This document shows, piece after piece, positions 32,401-41,524 of a DNA stretch of 64,000 nucleotides. The translations under genes were made by a program, and so were the position numbers. Each line of letters starts with the position of its first letter. Position 1 is the first letter of the stretch. This DNA comes from Candidatus Eiseniibacteriota bacterium. Its GTDB lineage: Bacteria > Eisenbacteria > RBG-16-71-46 > CAVPCR01. Location of the stretch: positions 320,001 through 384,000 of the forward strand of contig CAWGMA010000001.1 in NCBI GenBank assembly GCA_963823555.1, written 5' to 3'. Under the pieces are notes generated by a model, which searched no databases, was not told where the DNA came from, and saw nothing but the letters and a program-made list of their open reading frames with translations.

Positions 32401-33712
32401 ACTGGGCGTCGCCGCAGTAGGCATCGCCGAGATCGGGTCGCGGGAAGTTGCGGGTCAGATACCAGGGGAGGACGAGCTCACGGGCGGCGTAGGAGGGCGA
32501 GGTCGCTGCACGCGGCGCATAGTTGAAATAGACGAGGTCCTCCTCGAAACGGAATGTGTCGGGGAAGGAAGCGGCCGCAGTCGGGGGCGCCGGTTCGAAC
32601 CAGCCGCTGCGAGTGGCCATGCGCGCTCCGCCCGTGATGTCCCAGCTCAGCCAGACCACGTTCTTCTCGGTGAAGCGGTGCCAGTAGGGTACGGGGCCCA
32701 CACGATCGCGGTAACCCCTGGCCACGAAGGTGATCCAGTCACCCGCATCGAAGACACCATTCTGGTTCCGATCCTCGACGACGATGGGGAGCGGATCGCG
32801 CACGAAGTTCTCCGCTGGTGGCGGTACATCCGCGAAGCGCCGTTCCCACAGGGCTAGCTGGTCGACTGGAAGTCCCGGCGGCAGGCCGAGCGACTCGAGC
32901 TGGGCGAACGGGATCCGCACCGGGCCGCCCTCCCTGATGGTGATCTTCATCTCGTCCTGCTGGCCGAAGGGCGCCCCCAGGACTCCCTTCATGCGCGCCT
33001 CCATGCTCGGGCCGGCGCGGAAGCTGCGCGCGCTCTCGTAGTTGATGATCGTGTTCCGGTACACGGACTCGAAGCCGCGCTCGAAGCTGGGAGCCGGCAG
33101 ACGTTCCGGGGCCCGGGCTCGCGCCGAGCGGGGGCGGAAATCGACGCGGACCTCGACCCGGCGAGCGACCTCGACCCGGCGCGTGCGGGGGTCAAAGCGC
33201 ACCGGATACAGCGTGAGGTCGAAGACCTGCTGCTGCCGGAGCCAGGAAAGCTCGCTCGCCTCATAGGGGAGCGCGGGATAGATCTCCCCGCCCGCATAGA
33301 AGGCTCGGTCGAGTGCATCGATGAGACCGGGAACAGGGAGTCCCTCCTCTCCCCCGGTCTCCATCACCGGCTCCATGGCGGGGGCCGGGATCACGTCGAG
33401 CACTTCGGATTCCAGCACGCTCACCTGGGGGACCGGCTCATGGTCCGGAGGCACCGCGATCGTGTAGGTGCGAAAGGGAAGAGCCGGCAGACCGGGAGCG
33501 GAGGTCGAGCCGAAGCCACGGGCGCCGATGGCCACGAACGATTCCCCGGCCATGGTGACCGGCGTCTCCTTGAGCGGCGGGAGCTCGACGATGAAGGTGA
33601 CGCCGTCCATGCCGCGCTCGTCGAGAGACGTGACGGCGCCAGGGAGGGCGCCGGCAGCGGTAGGAAGGAGGGTGGCAAGGAGGGCGAGGCGAAAGAGTGA
33701 CATCGGCTTCAT
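29495..33712 (-). CDS. PorU-like C25 family peptidase (candidate T9SS-type sortase) with C-terminal T9SS/FlgD-type domain
   Basis: Signal peptide, propeptide, KITIREGG.VRI domain, DYIIV, IEDEFAGG, IRNYLRY, YLLLAGDAS.DY, VGRLP, NYQGH (His), YACH (Cys), LGDP; C-terminal YPNPF..IYTVTGR..WDG.D..ANGTYVYRL. Confidence 0.8.
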   Translation of the reverse strand: MKPMSLFRLALLATLLPTAAGALPGAVTSLDERGMDGVTFIVELPPLKETPVTMAGESFVAIGARGFGSTSAPGLPALPFRTYTIAVPPDHEPVPQVSVLESEVLDVIPAPAMEPVMETGGEEGLPVPGLIDALDRAFYAGGEIYPALPYEASELSWLRQQQVFDLTLYPVRFDPRTRRVEVARRVEVRVDFRPRSARARAPERLPAPSFERGFESVYRNTIINYESARSFRAGPSMEARMKGVLGAPFGQQDEMKITIREGGPVRIPFAQLESLGLPPGLPVDQLALWERRFADVPPPAENFVRDPLPIVVEDRNQNGVFDAGDWITFVARGYRDRVGPVPYWHRFTEKNVVWLSWDITGGARMATRSGWFEPAPPTAAASFPDTFRFEEDLVYFNYAPRAATSPSYAARELVLPWYLTRNFPRPDLGDAYCGDAQCVSFVFPYDLTGADVDPSQPIRARTRMVSGIDGFRHLGTFLITSSQGEDTLATRWGFTGHLAIGDWESAPFPASTFTRPGSSFKFIGERMPVQDTTQVVTYAGANFDWFEFAYHHLYQARNDRLIMNSGAASGPTEFAIGGFSAADIVVLDVTNYFAPTVLTGVQVTGSGPYEVRFRDEVTGLRSYIALARGLGELTLTDAAIALDRPSSLASPAIEPDYIIVVPDIADIDGDGALDDFPAVATRLKEHRELHGHQAAIALLSDIEDEFAGGLHGPDAIRNYLRYAFAHWTQPPMYLLLAGDASDDYRDKVPTGLDVIPSQTIFGPVFGDVDLELVSCDTWYVSGLAPEEEQFDVHLDMAVGRLPAQSAAEFGLMVDKTIRYEQFDPGDRWRAKTLTIADDAWSSTISFSAQYRYRASEVIFGAICDSIDAMIEERSGIGDLIDTRAIRLSTYTDPLPGPPPPDDPGTHTPGEAQAAFDATGSPILYQLISEGNLIMNYQGHANRHLMAHERIFSSEFDRDQNSFNNLGRPGIWFIYACHPNHLNELNERIGNVVGGRERGLGELLVSLENRGLVAAIGSTGFEWLPAGSSQGPPYQYDLNTPQWDAFFLTPPTENPRGEPVGARWILGEVTNLAKELYNQQDAFKGPIFTYCTLGDPGLRMDAIPPLFAVTAADTTRAPGARIESFAAGSDTVLVVADIRDEVRIADTEVIERSDAGPIPVDPALWQVTGTEERQRRLTYRAPLRPDNYEIVVVANDANNRTIEFPLAVRTDVSWRANGVALGSGDFVASSTTIEINVHAPVSVTEGDFRLLLDGSPVAGLSGQSRDPLGKDWQLRAPVILGTGAHDLSLEIRHNGILALTSGVSVQVGGFSLEQVAAYPNPFDQFTAITYQLTSPADEVVVRIYTVTGRQIQELTAPRNVGYSQIVWDGLDADHDQVANGTYVYRLTAKWPLDEAEFTGRLVRSRD

Positions 33713-33881
33713 GACAGACCCTGTCGTCAGGGGAATGGCCGAGCGAACGGGCCTTTCCGGCACACATTTCGCATCGTGATCAGATGAACCCATCCCATGC
33801 TGTCCGTAGAGGTTTGGGATCGGCCGAGGATAGCACGGTGGAGACCTCCGCAATGGCGCCAGGGCCTGGCTGGGAGCCGCC

Positions 33882-33911
33882 TTGACACTCCCGCATGGTG
33901 CTTCCTAGCCT
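33882..33911 (+). promoter_or_regulatory. Putative promoter of the GWxTD gene (a divergent extended -10 TGCTATCCT lies on the minus strand near 33827-33836)
   Basis: TTGACA-N18-TAGCCT. Confidence 0.45.
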
Positions 33912-34013
33912 GGTAGCGGATGAAACGGTCCCGGCGCCTTCCCGTCGCGGAGGACTCGGCTCGGGAGGGCCGGGTGCCGGGCCGGGGCGCACCCTGATAG
34001 AGGAAGTTGACCC

Positions 34014-36116
34014 ATGGTACCCGGAAGCTCGATGAGGGTTCCTGATCGCGCTCGGCCCTGGTCCGATGTGCGGTCGAATGGGCCCCTGGCCGCTCGCGTC
34101 CGGCGGCGGAAGCCGCTCTCCGGGCCATGGGCTGTCCTCGTCCCCGCGCTCATCCTCCTCGGCGGCTGCTCCTGGTTCCGGGTCGATGATCGCGAGCTCG
34201 CCGACAAGCTCGCCACGGCGACCACGACCATGGAGGAGGGCGATCCGGCGGCGGTCATCCACGATCTGGACATGCTCGCCTGGCATCGCCGCGATTCGAT
34301 CGCGGCCCGTCGGTTGCTCGTTGAAGCCTGCCGTCGCGCCAACACGATCGAGAGCCGGCGCATCGCCGAACGCACGTTACGGGAGTTGGTCGCTCTCGAT
34401 CCCGAGAACCCCGACTACCGCTTCGATCTGTCGGAGATTCTCCTCGATCGCGGATTCGACCGTGATGCCCGCCACGAGCTCGACGTGCTTCTCGACCGCA
34501 ACCCGGAGCATCCTGGCGCGCATCTCGCCCTGGCCCGCTACCATCTGGCGCTCTATCGTCGCTTCGGTCTTCCCGGAGACTACGAGGAGATGCTCGGCCA
34601 CTGTGCACGGGCCGCCAATCTCGCTCCGGAGGACTACACCGCCCAACGGGGCCTCGCTGAAGCCTATCTCCTCGGTGGCCAGGACGATAGCGCCCGCGGA
34701 TTGCTGGAACGCCTGCTCGAGCAATGGCCAGATGATGGCTGGCTGCACGCGCTCGACGGGGCCGCGCTCGCGCGCCCCGGCAGCTATGCCGAGGCAGCCG
34801 CGGCGTTCCAACGGGCTTTCGACCGCCTGACCGAGAGCGAGAGGAGCCCCTTCGAAGACCTGCACCTGATCGCAGATCCCTACGAGCTGCGCCATTTCGA
34901 GGAAATGGTCCCGGATGAGCGAGAGGATTTCCTGCGGGTTTTCTGGCGGTCGAAGGATCCCCAGCCGGTGACTCCCGTCAATGAGCGCGAAATCGAGCAC
35001 TGGCGCCGGGTCGTGATGGCCGATCTCCTGTACGCGTTGCCGCGCTACGAGCAGCACGGCTGGGAGACAGCCCGGGGCGAGCTCCTGATCCGCTATGGCG
35101 AACCTCTGTACACCGAGTACATGCAGGGTGGGCGGGCTCTCTTCTTCTCCATCCCCGGTTGGTACCACATCTACGCTGCGGGCGGCGGTGAGCTCGAGGT
35201 GACCTTCTATGACATGGCGCTGAACGGGATGTTCTATCTACCGTTCACCGGTTTGCCGACGCCGAACGATCTTGCCTCGTACGAGATGCCGCAGGGCTAC
35301 ATTCACGATTACGGTGGGCGCTGGGTCACGCCCGTGATGGCCGTAGGCGAATTCAGGGGGCTGCGAGCCCGGACCCGGGCCGAGATCTACCTGGCGATGG
35401 CGGCCGATTCGCTGGCCAGCTATCAGGGTACGACGGTCGGGGTCGGCACCGTGGTCTTCGATCCATCCTGGAAAGAGGTGGTTCGCTCGGAGGAGATCCT
35501 GGAACTGGACGGGGCCACGATCGCCGGGGAGGCAGACCGCGCTGTCGTCCATCAGATCAATCTGGATCTCAAGCCGGGGTCCTATATCGTGGCCAGCGAG
35601 ATCCGGGGGGACGCCGGAGCGGTGGTGGGCACCACCACGCAAGAAATCGCCGTTCATCGTTTCCCGGCCGACTCGCTCGCGCTGTCAGCGCCGGAAATCG
35701 CGTTTGCCGTCGATTCGGCCGGTCCCGAGCGGTTCAAGAAAGGCGCCGTTCATGTCGTGCCGAATGCGACCGGGGAGGTCCGCGGAAGCGAGGCCCTCGT
35801 CGTCTACTTCGAGGTCTATCATCTGGCGCCCCGCCCCGCGGACGGCCTCGCCGAGTACGTGGTGCACTACCGGATCACTCCGGCCGACCGCGAGGGCAAC
35901 TCGATCTGGACGCGCATCACCAATGCGATGCGCTCGAAGACATTCATCGAATCGAGTTTCGTCGAGCAGGCTCAGGGCGAGGTCGTCCGCCGTAACCTGA
36001 CGATCGATGTTTCCACGCTGGCTCCAGATCGCTACCGTCTGGATCTCGAAGTCACCGATCTCACGACCGGATCGACGGCGAGTCGGGCAACGGTCTTCCG
36101 CCGATCGAGCCTTTGA
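34014..36116 (+). CDS. TPR plus GWxTD-domain probable lipoprotein (start uncertain)
   Basis: Lipobox LLGGC; TPR-like helices; FW..KDP.P.TPVNE..IEH.RRV..AD; GWETARG..IRYGEP; C-terminal beta domains. Confidence 0.85.
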   Translation: MVPGSSMRVPDRARPWSDVRSNGPLAARVRRRKPLSGPWAVLVPALILLGGCSWFRVDDRELADKLATATTTMEEGDPAAVIHDLDMLAWHRRDSIAARRLLVEACRRANTIESRRIAERTLRELVALDPENPDYRFDLSEILLDRGFDRDARHELDVLLDRNPEHPGAHLALARYHLALYRRFGLPGDYEEMLGHCARAANLAPEDYTAQRGLAEAYLLGGQDDSARGLLERLLEQWPDDGWLHALDGAALARPGSYAEAAAAFQRAFDRLTESERSPFEDLHLIADPYELRHFEEMVPDEREDFLRVFWRSKDPQPVTPVNEREIEHWRRVVMADLLYALPRYEQHGWETARGELLIRYGEPLYTEYMQGGRALFFSIPGWYHIYAAGGGELEVTFYDMALNGMFYLPFTGLPTPNDLASYEMPQGYIHDYGGRWVTPVMAVGEFRGLRARTRAEIYLAMAADSLASYQGTTVGVGTVVFDPSWKEVVRSEEILELDGATIAGEADRAVVHQINLDLKPGSYIVASEIRGDAGAVVGTTTQEIAVHRFPADSLALSAPEIAFAVDSAGPERFKKGAVHVVPNATGEVRGSEALVVYFEVYHLAPRPADGLAEYVVHYRITPADREGNSIWTRITNAMRSKTFIESSFVEQAQGEVVRRNLTIDVSTLAPDRYRLDLEVTDLTTGSTASRATVFRRSSL

Positions 36117-36149
36117 TGCGGTCGAGTCGCACGGAAGAAGGGGTGGAAC

Positions 36150-36893
36150 ATGGACGCGCTGCGGACCGACAACTTGAGCGCGCCGCTGGCGCCCTTTCTC
36201 CTGGCCTCGGTTCTCGTTCATCTCTTGCTTGCGGTGCTCCTTCCCATCGTGGCGATCGATGTCCCTCCCCCCGTCCTGACCGCGACGGAGCCGGCGGTGG
36301 CTGTGGTTGACCTCGAACGCGAAGGCTTCACCATGCCTCTGGGCAGCCTGCGCATGCAGGTCCTGGAACTCGCCTTCCCCCCGGCGGTGGACGGTGCGCA
36401 GGAGGCGCCTGCGGTGCCGGCCGCGCCACGGGCCGAGGATCTTCCATCCCCTGAGATCGAGGTGGTATCGGAGGAGCCCGAGCCGGTGGCCATCCCCGTC
36501 CTCGAGCCGAGCCCGACCATGTCGCCGGCCGGATCTGGCGGGAGCCCGGGGATGGAGTCCGGGGAACCGGGCGGGGCCGCGGGTGGGGAGGCGAGTGATG
36601 GTGGGGCCGTGGGCGGGGAGGCGGTCGTGACGCCGCCCATGATCATCTCCATGGCCTGGCCGGAGTTCCCGCCTGAGGCGCGCAAGCAGATCAAGGTCCC
36701 CATCGTCCTCGCCGTCCATGTGAGCGAGGAGGGGAAGGTGACCGAGGTGCGGGTCGAGACCTCGAGTGGCTGCCCCTCCTGCGAGGAAGCCGCCATCGCC
36801 AGCGCCTGGAAGCTCCGTTTTTCCCCTGCCAGGCGTGGGGACGAGCCGATCGCCATGTGGACCCGGTTTCCAGTCACCTTCGGCCGGCGCTAG
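36150..36893 (+). CDS. TonB-family energy transducer
   Basis: TM with S..VH motif (ASVLVHLLL), Pro/Glu-rich linker, PEFPPEAR, V.EEGKV, FSPA..G.P, PVTF. Confidence 0.85.
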   Translation: MDALRTDNLSAPLAPFLLASVLVHLLLAVLLPIVAIDVPPPVLTATEPAVAVVDLEREGFTMPLGSLRMQVLELAFPPAVDGAQEAPAVPAAPRAEDLPSPEIEVVSEEPEPVAIPVLEPSPTMSPAGSGGSPGMESGEPGGAAGGEASDGGAVGGEAVVTPPMIISMAWPEFPPEARKQIKVPIVLAVHVSEEGKVTEVRVETSSGCPSCEEAAIASAWKLRFSPARRGDEPIAMWTRFPVTFGRR

Positions 36894-36989
36894 GCTGGGG
36901 GGCTGGTTTCGCCTCACTCATGGAGGTCGAGGGGGCGGGTGGTCATCCGGCGGCCCGGGGGAGGATCCTCCGCCAAGGGCCCGGTCGCC

Positions 36990-37019
36990 TTGACACGCCC
37001 GGGTCCGGGCGCTTATCTT
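36990..37019 (+). promoter_or_regulatory. Putative promoter with palindromic spacer
   Basis: TTGACA-N18-TATCTT; the spacer contains CGCCCGG-GT-CCGGGCG. Confidence 0.45.
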
Positions 37020-37137
37020 TCCATGGTTTACAGAGCCGAGTGATGCGGTCGAGCCTGGTCTCGGTCCCGGGGCCCGTGGTGTCCCGGCTTTTTTGTCTGT
37101 CCTTTCGCTCTCGGGGCGTTCGATGCCATCCGCCGTC

Positions 37138-37602
37138 ATGAACCTTCTGGACCTCCTCTCCGAGGAGAACATCGCACTCGATCTACCCGCCACCGACAAG
37201 AACGGGGTGATCGAGGCCCTGGTGGCCCTTCTTGGGCGCTCCGGACAGGTGAGCGATACCAAGACGGTCGTGTCCGACATCCTCGAGCGGGAGCGCCTGA
37301 TGTCCACCGGCGTGGGGTCGGGGGTAGCCATTCCCCACGCGCAGTCCAAGGGAGCCCTCAAGCTCGCCATGGCCTTCGGGCGCACGAGCGGGGACATCGA
37401 CTTCAAGAGCCTCGACGGCAAGCCGGTGGGTCTGTTCTTTCTCATCGTGGCTCCCGACGGCCCCGGCGGGTTCGTGCGCATCCTGGCCCGGATCTCCCGC
37501 CTCCTCTACTCCGGGGAGCTGCAGAACAGCCTGCGCCGAGCTCGGACCCCGGCCGAGGTCATGGGCATTATCGCGGCCGAAGAAGCGAAGCTGCGCCAGT
37601 AG
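37138..37602 (+). CDS. PTS EIIA component (PtsN/fructose-type)
   Basis: RERLMSTGVGSGVAIPHA, IDFKSLDGKPV, LARISRLL. Confidence 0.9.
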   Translation: MNLLDLLSEENIALDLPATDKNGVIEALVALLGRSGQVSDTKTVVSDILERERLMSTGVGSGVAIPHAQSKGALKLAMAFGRTSGDIDFKSLDGKPVGLFFLIVAPDGPGGFVRILARISRLLYSGELQNSLRRARTPAEVMGIIAAEEAKLRQ

Positions 37603-37660
37603 CTGCCCAGGGAGGCCTCCCGCCCAGAGCCGCGGCCCGCGGGCAGGATCAGATCTCAAG

Positions 37661-38005
37661 ATGCGCATCCTGGCGGTCGTTGCCTACGTCGCGATGATGT
37701 TCTCCCTGTCGAGCTGGCAGAACCCGCCAGGCGGCCCGTCGGTGCCTCACCTCGATAAGGTCGTGCACGCCGTCGAGTACGCGGTGCTCGCCATCCTCCT
37801 CTCCTGGGCGATGCCTCCCCGGATGCGGGGGACGTGGAAGCTCGCGGTCGTGATGGTGCTTGGTCTCCTCATCGGGGCGGCCGACGAGCTCTATCAGCGG
37901 CGTGTTCCGGGGCGGGAGTCGAGCGTTTACGATCTGGTGGCTGATATGGCCGGCTTGAGCCTTGGTGCAAGTGCCGTGCGACGATACGAGGAAAGCCATG
38001 AATGA
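37661..38005 (+). CDS. VanZ family membrane protein
   Basis: DKVVHAVEY, DELYQ..VPGR, DLVADMAG. Confidence 0.88.
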   Translation: MRILAVVAYVAMMFSLSSWQNPPGGPSVPHLDKVVHAVEYAVLAILLSWAMPPRMRGTWKLAVVMVLGLLIGAADELYQRRVPGRESSVYDLVADMAGLSLGASAVRRYEESHE

Positions 38006-39371
38006 ACCAGCGCGGATCGAGCCGCGCACTCTCAAGGGGTTCCGCGACTTCACGCCGGAGCTGATGATCGCCAAGGAGGCGATGATCGAGATCATCCGGG
38101 GTGTGTTTCGCTCGTTCGGGTTCGTGCCCATCGATACCCCGGCGCTCGAGTACACGGAGATCCTCCTCGGCAAGGGTGGTGGGGAGACCGACAAGCAGCT
38201 CTATCGATTCACGGACCAGGGCGGGCGCGATGTCGCATTGCGCTTCGATCTGACGGTTCCCTTTGCCCGTTTTGCGGCTCAGCATGGGCGAACTCTCGGG
38301 ACGCCCTTCAAGCGCTACCACCTGGGTCCGGTCTGGCGCGGGGAGAACACGGCCCGGGGCCGCTTTCGCGAGTTCTGGCAGTGCGATTTCGACACCATCG
38401 GCACGCGCTCGCCGCTGGCCGATCTGGAGACCGCGCTCGTCATCGACCGCCTCCTCGTGGCGCTCGGCGTCACGCGCTTCGAGCAACGGCTGTCCGATCG
38501 CGGCGTTCTGGCCGGGTTGCTCGATGAGCTGGGTCTCGCCGGTGAAGCCGCGCCGGTGCTGCGTGCGCTCGACAAGCTGGACAAGCTGGGGCGCGATCAA
38601 GTGGCGCGGGAACTGGCCCGGGAGGCCAAGGCGGCCCCGGCCACCATCGATGCCATCTTCGCCTTTGCGGGGGAGAAGGGAGAGGCCGCGGATCTCCTGG
38701 CGCGTCTCGGCAAGCGGTTCCGAGACCATCCTGTCGCCCAGACCGGGATCTCGCGCCTGGGCGTGATCACGAGCGGGCTCGAAGCGGCCGGTGTCCCACC
38801 GGACCGCTATCGCATCGACCTCGGGCTGGCTCGCGGCCTCGACTATTACACGGGGACCATCTACGAGACCGTGCTCCGGGACGAGCCGGGGCTGGGCAGC
38901 GTGTGCTCGGGGGGGCGCTACGACAACCTGGCCTCGCTCTACACTCGCGACGTGCTACCGGGGGTTGGAGCCTCGCTCGGCCTCGACCGCTTGCTGGATG
39001 CTCTCGACCGGCTCGGGCTCTCGGCGCAGGGGCAAGCAACGGCCAAGGTGCTGGTCGCGATCCTCGACCCGACGCGCTGGATCGACTATGTCCGTATGGC
39101 GGAAGAGCTCCGCGCGGAGGGCGTGCCGACGGAGCTCTATCCCGACGAACACCGGCTCGACCGGCAGCTGCGCTATGCGGATCGCAAGGGCATTCCGCTG
39201 GTCGTGATCGCCGGTGAGGATGAGCTCGACCGTGGCACGGTCGCGGTGAAGGACCTGAGGACCGGTGCGCAGCGCAGCGATCTCGCCCGCGCCGGATTTG
39301 CGGCGACGGTGGCGGCCATGCTGGCCACGACCGGTCCGGGCCCAGGAGCGACGGAGGCGCCCAGAGCATGA
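37998..39371 (+). CDS. hisS: Histidine--tRNA ligase
   Basis: KGFRDF, LRFDLTVP, RGRFREFWQCDFD, RGLDYYTG, GGRYDNL, anticodon-binding domain. Confidence 0.97.
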   Translation: MNEPARIEPRTLKGFRDFTPELMIAKEAMIEIIRGVFRSFGFVPIDTPALEYTEILLGKGGGETDKQLYRFTDQGGRDVALRFDLTVPFARFAAQHGRTLGTPFKRYHLGPVWRGENTARGRFREFWQCDFDTIGTRSPLADLETALVIDRLLVALGVTRFEQRLSDRGVLAGLLDELGLAGEAAPVLRALDKLDKLGRDQVARELAREAKAAPATIDAIFAFAGEKGEAADLLARLGKRFRDHPVAQTGISRLGVITSGLEAAGVPPDRYRIDLGLARGLDYYTGTIYETVLRDEPGLGSVCSGGRYDNLASLYTRDVLPGVGASLGLDRLLDALDRLGLSAQGQATAKVLVAILDPTRWIDYVRMAEELRAEGVPTELYPDEHRLDRQLRYADRKGIPLVVIAGEDELDRGTVAVKDLRTGAQRSDLARAGFAATVAAMLATTGPGPGATEAPRA

Positions 39372-41227
39372 CAGGCCACAAGAAGACCGAGGAGCAGGCG
39401 GCGGCCGGCGCAGAACTCGAGGTCCACGAGCTCGATGGGCTGGGTGACTGGCGGCGCACTCATCACTGCGGCGAGCTGAGAACCGAACAGATCGGGAAGG
39501 AAGTCACGCTCCTGGGCTGGGTCAACCGCATCCGCAACCTGGGGGGGGTCCAGTTCATCGATCTCCGAGATCGTTTCGGGCGGACGCAGGTGGTCGTGCG
39601 TCCCGAGGCGGTTCGCCCCGACGTGCTGGGCCGCGCTCACCTCCTGCGCCAGGAGTTCGTGCTGGGCGTCCAGGGCCGGGTCCAGCCGCGCCCGGAAGGC
39701 ATGGTGAACCCCGACATGCCGACCGGGGCCATCGAGGTCGAAGCGGTGGACCTCAAGGTCTTGAACCGCTCGCTACCCCTGCCGTTCCCGGTCGCCGAGG
39801 ACGATCCCGCGGTCGGTGAAGACTTGCGGTTGCGCTATCGCTATCTCGAGCTCCGGAGCGAACGCCTGCAGTCGATCCTCGCCCTTCGCCATCGGGCGAT
39901 CGCCGCCGTACGCGCGTCACTCGATGCGATGGGCTTTCTGGAGATCGAGACTCCGCTCCTGGTCCGGCCCACGCCCGAAGGGGCGCGGGACTACGTGGTG
40001 CCGTCACGACTGCACCCCGGGAAGTTCTTTGCCTTGCCGCAGTCGCCTCAGCTCTACAAGCAGATTCTCATGGTCGCGGGCTGCGATCGCTACTATCAGA
40101 TTGCCCGCTGTCTCCGCGACGAGGATCCCCGAGCCGATCGGCAGCCCGAGTTCAGCCAGATCGACCTCGAGATGAGCTTCGTGGGCGAGGAGGAAGTGTT
40201 CGCGGTGGTCGAGGCCTTCATGGCGACGGCGATCCAGGCCGCGGTCGGCGTCGAGATCGAGCGTCCGTTCCCTCGCCTCACCTATGACGAGGCGATGAGC
40301 CGGTACGGCTCGGACAAACCCGATCTCCGTCTCGATCTGCCCATGACCGACGTGACGCCCATCGCATCCACCCTCGAGTTCCGCCCGTTCCGGGCCGCCG
40401 CGGAAATGCCCGATGGCATGGTGACCTGCCTGCGCGTGCCAGCACCCGAGTGGGCATCGCGACGCGTGATCGAGGAAGAGCTCACCGCAGCGGCTCTCCG
40501 CGCCGGGGCCCAGGGTCTGGCCTGGGCTCGCCTCGATGGGGGAGGGGTGACCGGGGGCATTGGCAAGTTCCTGGCGCCTGCACTGCCGGCGCTCGTCGGT
40601 GCCACCCAGGCCCGAGATGGGGATCTCCTCTTCTTCGTGGCTGATCGCCGCCCCGTTGCCCAGGTGGCGCTCGGCCAGGTTCGCCTCGAGGTGGTGCGCC
40701 GGCTCACAGCGACGGCGTCGCCAGGCTATCGCTTGCACTGGATCCACCGCTTTCCACTCTTCGAATCGGATGCCGAGGCCGGAGGTTGGAAGCCAGCCCA
40801 TCACATGTTCACGATGCCGCTCGCCGCGGATCTCGATCGCCTCGAGACCGACCCGGGAGCGGTTCGCGCCCAGCTCTATGATCTTGTGATGAACGGGTAC
40901 GAGCTTGGCTCCGGTTCGATTCGTGTGCACCGCCGTGATATCCAGGAGAGGATCATGGCGGTGGTCGGGATGAGCCCGGCGGAGGCCCAGGAGCGCTTCG
41001 GCTTTCTCCTCGACGCCTTCGACCACGGGGCTCCGCCCCACGGCGGCATTGCCTTGGGGGTGGATCGCCTGGTCATGATTCTCGCTGGCAGGAACTCCAT
41101 CCGGGAGACGATCGCCTTCCCCAAGACCCAGAAGGCAAGCTCCCTCATGGATGGGGCTCCCTCACAGGTGTCCCCTTCGGACCTCCGTGAACTTCATATC
41201 AAATTGTCAAATATAGACTTAAGCTGA
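39368..41227 (+). CDS. aspS: Aspartate--tRNA ligase
   Basis: RTHHCGEL, FIDLRD, TPEGARDY, ALPQSPQLYKQ, RADRQPEF, PPHGGIALG.DR, FPKT. Confidence 0.97.
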   Translation: MTGHKKTEEQAAAGAELEVHELDGLGDWRRTHHCGELRTEQIGKEVTLLGWVNRIRNLGGVQFIDLRDRFGRTQVVVRPEAVRPDVLGRAHLLRQEFVLGVQGRVQPRPEGMVNPDMPTGAIEVEAVDLKVLNRSLPLPFPVAEDDPAVGEDLRLRYRYLELRSERLQSILALRHRAIAAVRASLDAMGFLEIETPLLVRPTPEGARDYVVPSRLHPGKFFALPQSPQLYKQILMVAGCDRYYQIARCLRDEDPRADRQPEFSQIDLEMSFVGEEEVFAVVEAFMATAIQAAVGVEIERPFPRLTYDEAMSRYGSDKPDLRLDLPMTDVTPIASTLEFRPFRAAAEMPDGMVTCLRVPAPEWASRRVIEEELTAAALRAGAQGLAWARLDGGGVTGGIGKFLAPALPALVGATQARDGDLLFFVADRRPVAQVALGQVRLEVVRRLTATASPGYRLHWIHRFPLFESDAEAGGWKPAHHMFTMPLAADLDRLETDPGAVRAQLYDLVMNGYELGSGSIRVHRRDIQERIMAVVGMSPAEAQERFGFLLDAFDHGAPPHGGIALGVDRLVMILAGRNSIRETIAFPKTQKASSLMDGAPSQVSPSDLRELHIKLSNIDLS

Positions 41228-41259
41228 ACACACAGCTCCCCGGCGGCCATCTGCGCTAC

Positions 41260-41288
41260 TTGACACCCCAGTAGGGCCGCTGTAGCGT
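41260..41288 (+). promoter_or_regulatory. Putative sigma70 promoter of the phoH operon
   Basis: TTGACA-N17-TAGCGT. Confidence 0.55.
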
Positions 41289-41475
41289 CGATACGTAGCC
41301 TTAGGGAAAGGACTCGTGTGGAACCGGGTCGAGAAGGTCCAGGCCCGACCGGACCGGCATGGGCCGGGCCGCAGACGGCCGGGTCAGGGGCAGGCCCAGA
41401 GCGGCTTCCCGGGGGCCTTGCGGACCTCGAGGGCGAACCCCGGGCCCCGAGCGTGGGTGCATTTCTCGCTGGGCC

Positions 41476-41524
41476 AGGAAAACCTGGGGCGGCGCATTCA
41501 GGACGCGGCCGGGGTTTTCCTTTT
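41476..41524 (+). terminator. Terminator-like hairpin in the phoH leader
   Basis: AGGAAAACC...GGTTTTCCT followed by TTT, about 60 nt before the phoH start. Confidence 0.45.

Noticed and set aside
29354..32857. 1167-aa ORF on the + strand
   Set aside because: Antisense shadow of the PorU-like gene; no recognisable motifs, and such shadows are expected in high-GC DNA. The same applies to the other long overlapping ORFs (e.g. 2334..4265, 42693..44543, 1037..2467).
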